Origin: Octopus vulgaris
Taxonomy: Eukaryota
NCBI GenBank assembly: GCA_951406725.2
Contig: OX597820.1
Span: forward strand, 37,324,001-37,388,000
Length of the DNA stretch: 64,000 nt
Direction of reading: 5' to 3'
A program made the translations under genes and the position numbers. Below the pieces are notes generated by a model. It was not told the origin of the DNA, did not search any database, and worked only from the letters and a program-made list of their open reading frames with translations. Positions 1 through 11,520 of this stretch are shown piece after piece (within the stretch, counting starts at the first letter, position 1; each line of letters begins with the position of its first letter).

Positions 1-3000
1 ACTCAACGAGAGGTACTCCATTAACCACTCATCAGGCTGAAGATACCTCAGTTAAATGAAGGTTACATTGTCATTAAGTAATCTCAAGTTGTAATTTAAA
101 ATAAGTGGTGATGCCAGAAGAACAGAGTGAAAAAATAAAATGGTCAGTAATAGAAAAGGAGGTGAAAAATACGGGAGTAGGCAATTGTCTAAAGTTTTTA
201 AGAATAAAGAAAAAGAGAAGGGGGTTGAAGGGGGAATTTAAGTTAGATTGAAGTGAACTGAAGGGAAGGCTGTTGAGACAACTCCAGTTGTCTCAACATA
301 AAACACTGTTTATTGTCATCCAATCAATGGACATGATTCAATCATGTGATGTCTTTCACTCCCACATTGTTTATTATTTAAACGTATGTCAATTCATCTG
401 AGAGAATACTTTATTGACTATCAGGTGATGTTAGATATGCATCGACTCATTGTTGTGGATTTACTCTTTTTGCCTTAGCACACTTGCTGTGGTACAGATG
501 ATTCATTTGGCATTGTGGATAATTGAAGTTACAGTTCTCCACTTTGCACTTTGGCTTGGAATTGTTTCCTTTGTTCGTTAAGAAAGTTATTATCTGAGCA
601 CAATATCATTATTCGTCTTTACGTTATAACAGTTGTTGTGAATATTAAGCTGGAGTCATTTTACTATATCAACTATAGAACTGAAATTGTCAGGAATGAA
701 AAGAAAAGGAAGAAGTCAAATATTTAAGAGTGAGAATAAGGTGGATTTGTTAGGAGAGAAGAGAAAAGGGGGAAGAAAGAGAGGAAGATGGGAGATAAAG
801 TTATTAGTCATGAGAGGAACATAATTGGAGGTAAATTGGTGGCTTACTACTTAACAGTAAAACTATATATTCAAATATCCTGCATGCATGTTCTGTGAGC
901 CTACAGTAACTTATAGGTGTGCATACACCTGCATATTCTCATGTGCAGAGAGGAAGATTAGGGAGATGACAGTTAAGAAAATATAAAGGTAGCTAAAAAA
1001 GTTGTATTATAAATACTTCAAGTTGGGGTGGGAATGCAGGAGGAATAGTTAGGGAATAATTGAGGTGGGTGCCATTAACTATACCTTAAGAATGTGTTAC
1101 ATAACTTGTGTTTACAATTAAGAACTAGGTTGCTCCATTCATTCAGGCTATCGCTGCATTGCATAATAGATAAGACTTCTGTGATGCAGAGATCACATTT
1201 GTTGTTATAGCTGTTATACGGTTTGGCAAGGTTAACGATGGACCATTTCATAAGCTATGAATGAGTCTAGATAAAGTCGTTTTAAGCTATAAATGAGTCT
1301 AGATAAAGTTCTTGCTTGAGATTTAAAGCTAAAATAGTGGTTACCAACTCTGACCTTGAAGGTGGTGCTGCATGTGTCAATATATACATATTTGGAATAT
1401 TCTGTTGATACCGTACATTTATATACAATATTTTTTGTGAGGCATCTAAGGGACAGGAGGTGGGGTGTTTACAGCTGCATAGGATTCTAGGTGCTAAAGT
1501 GGAGTTTGTGGGGCTATGATTATCTGTGATTAACCTGGTGTTATAAGCATTATCTTCTGTGGTCTTAGGGTTGGTATTAGGATTAGGACTGGTGGTGCAA
1601 GCAGTGGTGTTGGTAAGGAGGTTTAAGGATGTTCTAGGGTTACAGATAGGGGGCTGGGAATTAGGGTGTGTTGTATTAGTGTGATTAAAGTTAACTAATT
1701 GCTGGTTACTAAGTTTCTTATTGTTTAGATGTTGGATTATAACAGCAATGATTGTTGTGGGAGAGTAGGAAAATTTAACTGATTGGGGGGGTTGAAGATT
1801 TTTCAAAGAGAACTGGATTAGGGAAACGTTTTTCAAGTAGAGCAAAGAAAAGTTTAGGCAGTCTGGTCTGAACATTAAAGGCAAAGGGGTGTGTGGAACC
1901 AGATAACATTGTGTGTCTTGGTCCGTCTATTCTGTTTTAGGGGATTACCTGAGTATGCTTGGGGTATGGAGGTGTGCACTGGCATGGATTTCAATGGGCA
2001 GTGGTGGATTTGTGATCCAGAATCACAGGGTGAGAGAAGTACCTATTGGGTTTGCTACTACAGTAAAATTTCGGGGAATAGGGGGAGGGTGGAATATGGG
2101 GGATACCTAGGGTTCTTTCTAAGGGGGCAGATGTATCTGTGGTGTCAGGTTCAGTGGGGGAAAGATCACTCCATATATGAGGTATCTAATTGAGTTTTTT
2201 TTATATCCAACATGGTGTAAGGTGCAGCTGTAATATTCAGTGTATTGCTCGAATATTGGCCCCATTAAGGTGTAGAAATAGTTAGAAGTATCCTTGCAGG
2301 TCCAAAGTTTTCCATCAAATTTTATAATAGTTCAATGAGCTGCCAGGATAATACTGATATCACCTCTAGTTAGGTCAGAATATTTTAGTACAAATATGAG
2401 GGCTGTGTTAAGTAGGATAGAGGATAAGATGGAATAGTACTTGTCTATATCAACTTGAATGAATTTGTATTTACCTTTGGGGCTTAAGGATTTAAACCAT
2501 TGGATGGCTTCAGTGGTGTTAGTCCAGAGGTCTAGTGTAATTTTAAAATGAAGTTGGGGTAGAATTCTACCTAATAGAACTTTTCTAATCCTATCTGTAT
2601 CAGAGCTTGAGAGGCAGATGAGGCAAACGGAAGGGTTCACAGCAAAATTTTCCTTGTGGTCCTTTCAGTGAATATGAGGTAATTGAAGTATGAAAGGTTC
2701 AGTTCTATCTTCTAAGCCAAGATCTCTTGAGGTTGATACCTGTCAGGACAGAGTCTGGCACAATACAGTAGTACTTGTGCAGCTGTTTAAGTATCAATTC
2801 CTGGTATGTTGTGTAGGTTGTCAGTCTTGTCTGCATGGATGAGGATTCCTGAATATTTCTGAAGTTTCCTGATGATATTGTTGATCATAGGTGAGAATTG
2901 GGAGCTCTTTTTCTGGGTTTAAATTTGATATTTTTAATAAGATTGATTAGGTCCTGTTCAAAATTATCCAGATTTTAGTTAGGAATGGGATTTTTATAAA

Positions 3001-3550
3001 GTCTTGGTGAGTCGGGTTTTTGTAGTTGGTCATGGAATTGTTAAGACAGAAGGCCTTCCACCGAATTTGGCGAATCGGTACATTGGTACAGTCATCATCA
3101 TCATCGTTTAACGTCCGCTTTCCATGTTAGCATGGGTTGTATAGTGAATCATGAAAATATATTGTTTTATTCGTTAGGGGAATATCTGATAGTTTAGCTT
3201 CATTATGTTTCCATTCCCATGTCTTCCGCACTGTTAGTGTTCACAGAATAATGATATGTAATTATAAGATCCAAGGATCTAGGTGTAGGAAGTTAGTAAG
3301 CTTTGAGCAATCCATGGTAGATATAAAAACAATAATAGTTTATAGATGTAGAAGGTTTAGGTTTCTCCCATAGTTTGATAAGCTGAAAAATCTTGGGATT
3401 CCTTAATGACAATGTAATCTTCATTTAACTAAAGTATCTCTGGCCTGATGAATAGCTAGTGGAGTACCCCTCATTGAGTAATTATTACTTCCGAGGTTCT
3501 ACTAGCTAGGAAATATATGTAGCTTGGATTTTACCAGCTCAATTCCTTCA
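1..3550 (-). mobile_element. Degenerate Penelope-like retroelement with inverted terminal repeat (pLTR) carrying hammerhead motifs
   Basis: ORF 2332-2640(-) has PLE-type RT motifs (LWTNTTEAIQWFKSL..YKFIQVDIDKYY). ORF 1282-1884(-) ends in an endonuclease-like tail (LALNLKQELYLDSFI). The reverse complement of 1-90 aligns with about 3390-3480 (ttaatgacaatgtaa.cttcatttaact..gtatc....gcctgatga...ggagtacc.ctc.ttgagt). Confidence 0.75.
3437..3528 (+). ncRNA. Type I hammerhead ribozyme-like motif (partly decayed)
   Basis: CTGATGA 3445-3451; stem II TAGCTAGTGGA/TCTACTAGCTA; GAAA 3510-3513; TATATG; TA cleavage triplet end at 3520-3521. Stem I is weak and the 10.1-11.1 pair is mismatched. Confidence 0.6.
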
Positions 3551-3988
3551 ATTTGGATATATATACGTATATACACACACACACATACAAATATATAAAA
3601 GATTTAATACATTTTAATACATATATACTACGATGAAATGTTTTGTTATGGTTTGTGCATTATATTTCTAGCATAAAAAACTGTAATGTTAACCAGTGAT
3701 ATAATGTGAATACATTTCTCAGTTATTTGCCCACAATTTCAAATAAATCACAGGTATCTTTTCTCCATTCTGGATATTTCTTACTTTTAACTTTTTCAGT
3801 TCAGTCACATGAAAACAGGAAGATGTCCTTGGACCCAATACCAAACCTGAATGCTAACAGTGGACTTCACTAAAGAGAACTTCACAGAACACAACAACCA
3901 GATTGTGATGCTAAGTCCAGAAACAAATTAAATCTTCCACTCATATATAAATGTGATTCCAAATTGTTAAGTCACCACTTAAGGAAAA

Positions 3989-5593
3989 TTATTTATCATC
4001 TGATTTCTTTTCTACATGAGCAAGCTTGTGAGTATTTAGATAACCACTTTGAGAGAATGATTTACCACAAATATCACAGTGATATGGTTTCTCTCCTGTA
4101 TGAATGCGTTTGTGAGTTGTTAAGTGACTATCTATGGAGAATGATTTACCACAAATATCGCAGTGATATGGTCTCTCTCCTGTATGGATACGTTTGTGTT
4201 TAGTTAAACTACATGGTACAGAGAATGATTTGCCACATACATCACAGAGATATGGTTTCTCTCCTGTATGAATGCGTTTGTGAGTTGTTAAGATATTTGT
4301 TTGAGAGAATGATTTACCACAGATATCACAGTTATATGGTTTCTCTCCTGTATGAATATGTTTGTGGGTAGTTAAATAACCACTTTGAGAGAATGATTTA
4401 CCACATACATCACAGTGATATGGCTTCTCTCCTGTATGAATACGCTTGTGAATAGTTAATTCCCCATTTCGAGAGAAAGATTTACCACAGAAATCACAGA
4501 TATATGGCTTCTCTCCAGTATGAAGGTGTCTGTTAATAGTGTGATGATCTCTTCGAGAAAATGATTTACCAGAGATATCACAATATGTTTTCTCTCCTGT
4601 ATGACAACGTTTATGAGTAGTTATTTCCCCATATCGAGAGAATTTTTTATCACAGATATCACAGTGATATGGCTTCACTCCTGTATGAATATGTTTATGA
4701 ATAGTTAAAGAATCACTTCTAGCAAATGTTTTACCACAGGTATCACAGTGATATGGCTTCTCCCCTGTATGAATACGCTTATGAGTAGTTAATTTGCCAT
4801 TTCTAGAAAATGATTTTCCACAAATATCACAATGATATGGTTTCTCTCCTGTATGAATATGTTTGTGAGTGGTTAAGTAACTACTTTGGGAAAATGATTT
4901 ATCACAGATATCACAGTGATAAGGTTTCTCCCCTGTGTGAATACGTATGTGAGTAGTTAAGTGAACGGTTGTAGAAAAGGATTTTCCACAAGTATGACAG
5001 TGATATGGCTTCTCACCTGTATGAATACGTTCATGAGTAGTTAAATCACCACTTCGAGAGAATGATTTATCACAGATATTACAGTGATATGGCTTCTCTC
5101 CTGTATGAATACGTCTGTGGGTAGTTAATTCGCTACTGCGAGAGAATGATTTACCACAAGTATCACAGTGATATGGCTTCACTCCACTATGAATACGTTT
5201 ATGAGTAGTAAGGTAACTACTTTGAGAGAATGACTTACCACAAATATCACAGTGATATGGTTTCACTCCTGTATGAATGCGTATGTGAGTAGCGAGGTGA
5301 ACTTTTGTAGAGAATGATTTACTACAGATATCACAGTTATATGGCCTCTCTCCTGTATGAATACGACAGTGTGTAGTTAAGGAACCTTTCTGAGAAAATG
5401 ATTTGCCACAGAAACCACAGTGATATGGTTTCTCTCCAGTATGTGAATGCAAGTATTTAATTGGGTTAGTTTTTTTAGATATATCACTGTGGTTTGATGG
5501 TTTTTCTATCTGTTTTAATATCTCATTAGGAAAATCAATTGTTTTTGATTGTATTTCATATTCATCCTGATTCTCACATAATTCATTTTCCAT
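3989..5593 (-). CDS. C2H2 zinc-finger protein, 534 aa, 16 intact fingers plus 1 degenerate finger
   Basis: Tandem CxxC-x12-HxxxH units with TGEKPY linkers in an uninterrupted ORF. Upstream splice acceptor TTTCTTTTATTATTTCAG on - strand ends at 6043. Confidence 0.95.
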   Translation of the reverse strand: MENELCENQDEYEIQSKTIDFPNEILKQIEKPSNHSDISKKTNPIKYLHSHTGEKPYHCGFCGKSFSQKGSLTTHCRIHTGERPYNCDICSKSFSTKVHLATHIRIHTGVKPYHCDICGKSFSQSSYLTTHKRIHSGVKPYHCDTCGKSFSRSSELTTHRRIHTGEKPYHCNICDKSFSRSGDLTTHERIHTGEKPYHCHTCGKSFSTTVHLTTHIRIHTGEKPYHCDICDKSFSQSSYLTTHKHIHTGEKPYHCDICGKSFSRNGKLTTHKRIHTGEKPYHCDTCGKTFARSDSLTIHKHIHTGVKPYHCDICDKKFSRYGEITTHKRCHTGEKTYCDISGKSFSRRDHHTINRHLHTGEKPYICDFCGKSFSRNGELTIHKRIHTGEKPYHCDVCGKSFSQSGYLTTHKHIHTGEKPYNCDICGKSFSQTNILTTHKRIHTGEKPYLCDVCGKSFSVPCSLTKHKRIHTGERPYHCDICGKSFSIDSHLTTHKRIHTGEKPYHCDICGKSFSQSGYLNTHKLAHVEKKSDDK

Positions 5594-6469
5594 AATTTTC
5601 TTTTTTCACCACAATATACAAATATTTTTCCATCAACTCTGTTCTTTGTTGATATCTAAAGATTCTGCAAATTGTTACTTACAAGGTGATTTATCACAAG
5701 AAAACATTTCTGAGAAAGTATTCCAATATAGTTTATTACAAAAGAACTGTTATGTAATAAGAAATACGTATGGTAACGCTAAAATAGATCCATTTATCCA
5801 GACTTATCCAAAAACGAAGTTTCTTTCAAGAAAAACCAGCTTTATCTTCTTAGTAAATTTATCCAAGTTTAATTAAAGCTGTCTTGTACTTATTCCAGAG
5901 AGTGAAGTAGAGAAATGTAAATAATCTCATTTCAGAGGAATTACCATAGATTTATATAAACAGGATTTTATCAGTTGTGGAAACCATCTTTAAAAGATGA
6001 CAAACATTGAGTTATTTGCAGGTAATTATCAGTCATTATCATCTGAAATAATAAAAGAAACAATGTTAAAGACAAACTTGAACAATAGAGACTGAAAAGG
6101 AAACCTCATTTATAAAGATTACATCATACAGCTTTGTAAACTCCATATTGTGTACCATATCTTAAACTACACAATAGTAAACCATAACATTTTTCTTCCG
6201 TAAGCAACGTTATTTCTTGTTGCTTAGTCCCAGGTCAGACATGATGAACAACATTATAACCATGACCATCCCGTCTTTTATTCAGACAATGTATCGAGGA
6301 AGCATTATTCTCCAATGATGTTATTTGATAACAAGCCAATGAAGATGTGGAAATTAATGAAATTCTAGCGGCCGTTCTGTTTACATTCAGTACCACACCC
6401 GTCAACATCTCTAATGACCAATGAAATTATATTTTTCATTGGTTAATTAATTGATCATGTACACCTCAT

Positions 6470-6745
6470 CTGGACAAGGGTCTTCTACCAAAGCCTTGCC
6501 AGTGGATTTAGTAGACGGAAAATGAAAGAAGACCGTCGTACGTGTGTGCGTGTTTGCGTCTGCCTTTGTCTCCTCCGTCCCCGCCTGACAACGGGTGTTG
6601 GTGTGTTTACGTCCCCAAAACCTTGCGGTTCGACAAAAGAGACCGATAGAATAATACCGGTTTACAAACAAGTACTGAGGTCGATACGTTCGCCTAAAAT
6701 TCTTCAAGGCCGCAGTCCAATGACTGAAACAAGGTAAAAGATAGA
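6470..6745 (+). mobile_element. SINE fragment (family ending gcagtccaatgactgaaacaagtaaaaga)
   Basis: Same body and tail as the copy at 18520-18915 (gggtgttggtgtgtttacgtccc...aaaagagaccgatagaataa..cc...atgactgaaacaag). Confidence 0.6.
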
Positions 6746-7079
6746 CCTATACAAATAATTCGATATAATACTTACATTTTAATGTAGACTGAATGGTTAA
6801 AAGGTCAATTTCACCACAATCTCCAACTCTTGAGTTTATTTGTGAGACAATGTAAAACGCAGAGACACCGATGATTTTTGTCAGAGAAAACTTTACACAA
6901 ATAGTCTGTCTAACATCTTATTGGAAATGCGTGTGTGTGTGTATATGTGCGAATTTAGATATATTTCATTACCGGAGAAATCTTCTTTTACGCTGGTGAT
7001 ATTTTGCCCGGCCAGGATAAAATCAACATGTCATACACAGTAGTATAAATGTACAAGTTAGAAAGCTCCATCGATGGAC

Positions 7080-7150
7080 AATAAAATAAGATTACAAAAC
7101 AATGGCGACCGACAATTTCGTACATCCACTTCCTGATTCAGAACGAGGCT
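7080..7150 (-). promoter_or_regulatory. Putative promoter region of ZNF 3989-5593
   Basis: YY1-like AATGGCG at about 7101 and ETS-like ACTTCCTG at about 7129. A candidate donor (ATGTAAGT on - strand) at about 6770-6778 could splice to the acceptor at 6043. Confidence 0.35.
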
Positions 7151-7208
7151 TATTTCATTCTTATCCGCTACTGAAGGAAAAATGAGGAGAATGTCTTGAG
7201 TGAATATT

Positions 7209-7420
7209 CTTTTCTACTCTAGGCACAACGCCCAAAATTTTGGGGGAGTGGGTCAGTCGATTAGATCGACCCTAGTACTCAACTGGTACTTAATTTATCG
7301 ACCCCGAAAGGATGAAAGGCAAAGTCGACCTCGGCGGAATTTGAACTCAGAACGTAAAGACAGACGAAACACCAATAAGCATTTCACCCGGCGTGCTAAC
7401 GTTTCTGCCAACTCGCAGCC
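7209..7420 (-). mobile_element. tRNA-derived SINE with 15-bp TSD
   Basis: TSD TCTTGAGTGAATATT at 7194-7208 and 7421-7435; B-box-like GAGTTCAAATTCC on - strand; homologous to copies at about 26390-26610, 31780-32010, 9965-10120 and 58905-58965. Confidence 0.85.
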
Positions 7421-7697
7421 TCTTGAGTGAATATTGCTATACAAAAGGTGCTGACTGCAATGCTAATAGGAGTACAAAATGTACTAGCAGAGGGTTATTC
7501 AGGACTCGTGACCTTGATGTGGTCCGGCCCGTTAGTGTGTAAGGAGTTAAGAACCGAAACACCTGCATGAGTTGGGCTTCTCTGAAGATCTTCTGCTGTT
7601 CTCTCTATTAAGTTTATTTTCTTTTTAATAACAATAACACATTTTTGGATTAATCATAAATCGTTACTAATAAAAAAAGTGTGTCGCCCTCCCCACC

Positions 7698-7700
<3 letters not shown>

Positions 7701-7748
<48 letters not shown>
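7701..7748. repeat. (TA)n microsatellite
   Basis: Direct reading of the sequence. Confidence 0.95.
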
Positions 7749-7749
<1 letters not shown>

Positions 7750-7755
<6 letters not shown>

Positions 7756-7954
7756 TAAAAGCAATTTAGTCTATGTCCAGTCGTAGAATGACCAATGGTT
7801 TCGTAATGACAAAGCTTTAACTTCGTGGACGTCTTGTCAGACTCTAAAGCCGGCTTTAGAGCCTGACGAGTTCTTCACGAGGCTAAAGCCTTTGTGGGTG
7901 AAAAACCATTGGTCACTCTACGACTAGACATAGACTCGATTACTTTTAATACAT
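7750..7954. repeat. About 205-bp palindrome made of two back-to-back hammerhead ribozyme-like units
   Basis: Centre AAAGCC|GGCTTT at 7851/7852. + arm: TAGAGC CTGACGA..GAAA AACCATTGG TC ACTCTA. - arm: TAGAGT CTGACAA..C GAAA CCATTGG TC ATTCTA. Confidence 0.8.
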
Positions 7955-7960
7955 TACTGT

Positions 7961-8290
7961 GGAGGCGCAATAGCTCAGTGGTTAGGGCAGCGGACTCGCG
8001 CTCACAGGATCGCGGTTTCGATTCCCAGAACGGGGGCGTTGTGAGTGGCTATTGAGCGAAAACACTTAAAGCTTCGCGAGGCTCCGGTAGAGGGTGGTGG
8101 CGAACCCTGCCGTGCTCTTTCACCATAACTTTCTCTCACTCTTCCTGTTTCTGTTGTACCTGCATTTCATAGGACCAGCCATGTCTCACTGTGTCACGCT
8201 GAATTTCCCCGAGAACTACGTTATGGGTACACGTTCCGTTGATTGGATCAACTGGAACCTTCGTCGTCGTAATCGACGGAGTGCCGTAGT
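7961..8290 (+). mobile_element. tRNA-derived SINE
   Basis: tRNA-like head with A-box TAGCTCAGTGG (7971-7981) and B-box GGTTTCGATTCC (about 8014-8025), no closing acceptor stem, followed by a ~260-bp body. A body fragment recurs at about 26620-26710. Confidence 0.75.
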
Positions 8291-8603
8291 AATACATAAC
8301 TGCTCTAAGCTTTAGAGTTTGCTTTTTTACGGATACATGATACATTGACGTTCGCAACTGGTATTAATCAGTATGTAAGATAACAAGCACGGTTAAGTAA
8401 TACAGTGTACTCAAGAGAGGTAGAGGGTATGCAAAGATAGTATAGCGATTACCCTCCGGTATCGAAAGTAAAAAAAAAAAACCCTATCCGGTTTGTGGGT
8501 ACTGTGAAAAAAGACGAAACGAACTGAACAAGGGTTTAATCAAGAGTTAAGTCCCTTGGCCACGAATTCTCGGAGATGTTTTTCATCTGTAAAACTTTTC
8601 ACA

Positions 8604-9112
8604 TACCCTTCCCCCACCCCTAACCATAACTGTAAGCCTAAAATAGATTGAAATGCAATAGATAGATACTAGGGTTATAATTATGGGTGACAATTTCATA
8701 CGACACCGCTACGGAAAATGGGATATTTTTCTAGTGGTGTCAAATGAAATTGTCACCCATAATTATAACTCTAGTATCGATCTATTGCATTTCAATCTAT
8801 TTTAGGGTTAGGTTTAGAGTTATGGTTAGGGTTAGGGGTGGGGGAAGGGTTTCTTTTTATTCTTCGCAAATGTAAATAAACCTAATCTGTTTCTTAAACG
8901 AGGGACATATTCATACAGCACGGAATGTTTTCACCCCAAATGGAGGTCAGCGATTGGTTAAGATTGCCGAAATATGTTATAACATATAGAATTTTCTCAA
9001 TAAAGCCAAGAAAAAAATGTTTTATAAACACATTCTACCAGTATACGAAGTTTTAAAATGTTTAGTTAACTAGAAATTGTGTTGAAAACTGCCGTTCAAA
9101 AGGAAAAGATCC
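8604..9112. mobile_element. Rearranged copy of the Merlin-like MITE family, with an internal ~120-bp-arm inverted repeat and TTAGGG-like tract
   Basis: 8604-8720 is the reverse complement of about 8725-8851. The sequence is homologous to 26781-27221 and ends with the same terminus (aaactgccgttcaaa...aaaagatcc). Confidence 0.7.
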
Positions 9113-9299
9113 GTTCGTTGTTTTTGTTTTTATTTATTATTCTCTGTGTTCGAATCTTACTTTCATTCAAACTGTACGCTAAAATATGACTTAACAAGGA
9201 AGAAATTATACATAAACACAGAAAGGAAAGACCTACGGACAAAGTTACAAGATTGTTTCTAGTGTATAAAGCTCTCTGGTGATTAGAGGCGAATTTTTC

Positions 9300-9575
9300 C
9301 CATACCATTATTGACACTTCCGGTATGTCAACCCCCATTCCTCAACAAATCAATAAACATTGTATCTGTATTATTTCTGTTGATTATTTAAACTGTGTTA
9401 GTAATACCCAATCACGCCCTGAACTTGTTTATTAACCAGAAGAAAATAGATATATTCTATAAGAAGTAGATACGCGTTCGGCTCAATCTATCAATGTCCT
9501 CATCAATTTCAACTTCCACTACTTTAGTACATCTCATTATTTCATCTTATAACTACATTGTTATGTAAGTATCAT
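9300..9575 (+). promoter_or_regulatory. Putative promoter and non-coding first exon of ZNF 14113-15276
   Basis: ETS motif CACTTCCGG at about 9315; candidate donor ATGTAAGTAT at about 9563-9572; acceptor TGTCTTTTTATTTCAG ends at 13707. Confidence 0.35.
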
Positions 9576-10399
9576 GCATATATAATAATTTACACAAAGT
9601 CTCTTATGTTTACATTCCTACTTTATCTACACTATTCCTGCTCCTTGCAAGATCTTGTTTTCTTTTATTTCTTTTTTTCTTTTCTTCATTCTACTTTCTT
9701 CATTCATACTCTTGAGTTAAGATAGTTTTCAGGAAATATAATATTTGAATTTGTGTTTTTTCATCTGTTCTCTTCAACGTCATTATTTACTCTGTGTTTA
9801 CTTTCGAAAAGAATGCAATATACAAAAGCAAACAGTACAAAGAAAAAAAAAAGAATTGCGAAAGAAGTTGGGGTTTCTGTTCCGCACTATAAGTAAAGTC
9901 ACTTTGCACAAACTACTCTTATACAAGTAATGGCAATGTGTGTATTATGTCTCATACACATTCGTCCGCCTTTACGATCTGAGTTCAAAATCTGCCGAAG
10001 TCAACTTTACCTTTCATCTTTTCGGGATAAAACACATACCAGTCACACAGAGGGGTCGATGTAATCGACTTACCTTCACCCCTGAAATTGCTGGTCTTGT
10101 GCCAAGATTTGAAACCATTATGTCTCATGCACACGCGCACATATAACAACAATCATCACGTACATACATAATAGTCGGCGGCAAGTGGTAGCAGAATCCA
10201 TCCATCTTTACATACATACATGCACGCACTGTACTGTACAGCCAGCTGCCACTCGCTAGCGAAAATGGTTTGGAAGTATGTATGCTGTCGTTAATTCTTT
10301 GACCTGTCACTTCCTTGGTAGAAGCATATTCGTTTGTTCATCCTTTAAATATTACGAAGGGCTTGCAGATTTTTATTGTCTCAAATATGGTGATCATTT

Positions 10400-11520
10400 T
10401 TAGTGCATGAATTAAGGAGTTATTTTCTCACTCAAAGAATCCAAGTTTTGCTCCAGGCAAGTTTGTATGTGTCCTATTGGTCCAATAGTAGGTATGAAGC
10501 TAAAAATGTATCTTGAGTACTGGATTTGAAAACTCTTTGCCAGTGGTCCCTAGGTATCGTCTTTCTCTTGTATTTTCCTGTCCACACTGGTGTCGCAGAG
10601 GGCAGCTGATTTCCACAAGACAGTATATATGTTCCTCTTCATGCCACACAACAATATCTGCCTAGTTGTGTTTTAACTTGGTGGCTGTTTTAATTTCAAA
10701 TTCTGGCAATATTCTTTTGACCTAGCAGTCTCAATATAGTCAGCTTCATCTGTTGGTGTTTCCTTTTCTGTTCCAGACAGTTCTGGGCATTGCATCATAC
10801 ATTATGGGAAGATAATATGTAGAAGGCATTTTCTTGCATTTGACAATGATATAGTTGATGTCTTCACTCTTGGTTTTGAATAATCTATATTTGTTGTCTG
10901 TCAATGATTTCTGCCTTTTATGCTGCAGGTACTTGGTGGGGATCTCTTGTTCTTGAATTGCATGGAAGTAGCCTTCAAAGTGGGATGTCATAAACTTGTT
11001 GGTACTCCATGCCAAACTTTTGATATTGTCAGTTCCTTCTATGGTTTGTGTCTTTTGTGTCAAGTAACCATGCACTATCTTCTCAGTGAACTGGTCTGTT
11101 TTTTTTTATTTTGTTTTGATAAATACATTTTTGGATGTTCATTTGAGAGAGATCTGTATCAGCTCTTATTTCATACCTATCCTCATGTTTCTTTAGCTAT
11201 TCTAATTATGTTTTTGATTTCATAGTTGGGGCAAGATAGTCACTGATCTCCTTCTTTTGCTGCAGATGTTGCTTCAATGTCACAATACATGTTTTGTATG
11301 ACATCAATACAGATTTAAGACCATGCCACCATCCTTGTGTGGGATGTATAACCTGTCTACATTTCCATTGATGTTGAAGTTTCCTATAACACTGAGCAGC
11401 TTGTGTATTTCATTGACTCCTAGGGACCAGTTTAGGTGGCCAAATGTGAGCATGAGGACAGGCACTGCAAAAGTGTTGTGAGCACTTTGAGTCATCAAAA
11501 AGTTCAGATGACCATATTTT
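10400..11520 (-). mobile_element. Degenerate R4/Dong-like (RLE-type) non-LTR retrotransposon, 3' coding fragment
   Basis: ORFs NTFAVPVLMLTFGHLNWS...VDRLYIPHKDGG and EGYFHAIQEQEIPTKY...KYRLFKTKSEDINYII resemble the thumb and CCHC-proximal motifs of R4-clade ORFs. Confidence 0.65.

Noticed and set aside
7961-8035. Possible tRNA gene
   Set aside because: A and B boxes are present, but the acceptor stem does not close and the sequence runs into a SINE body.
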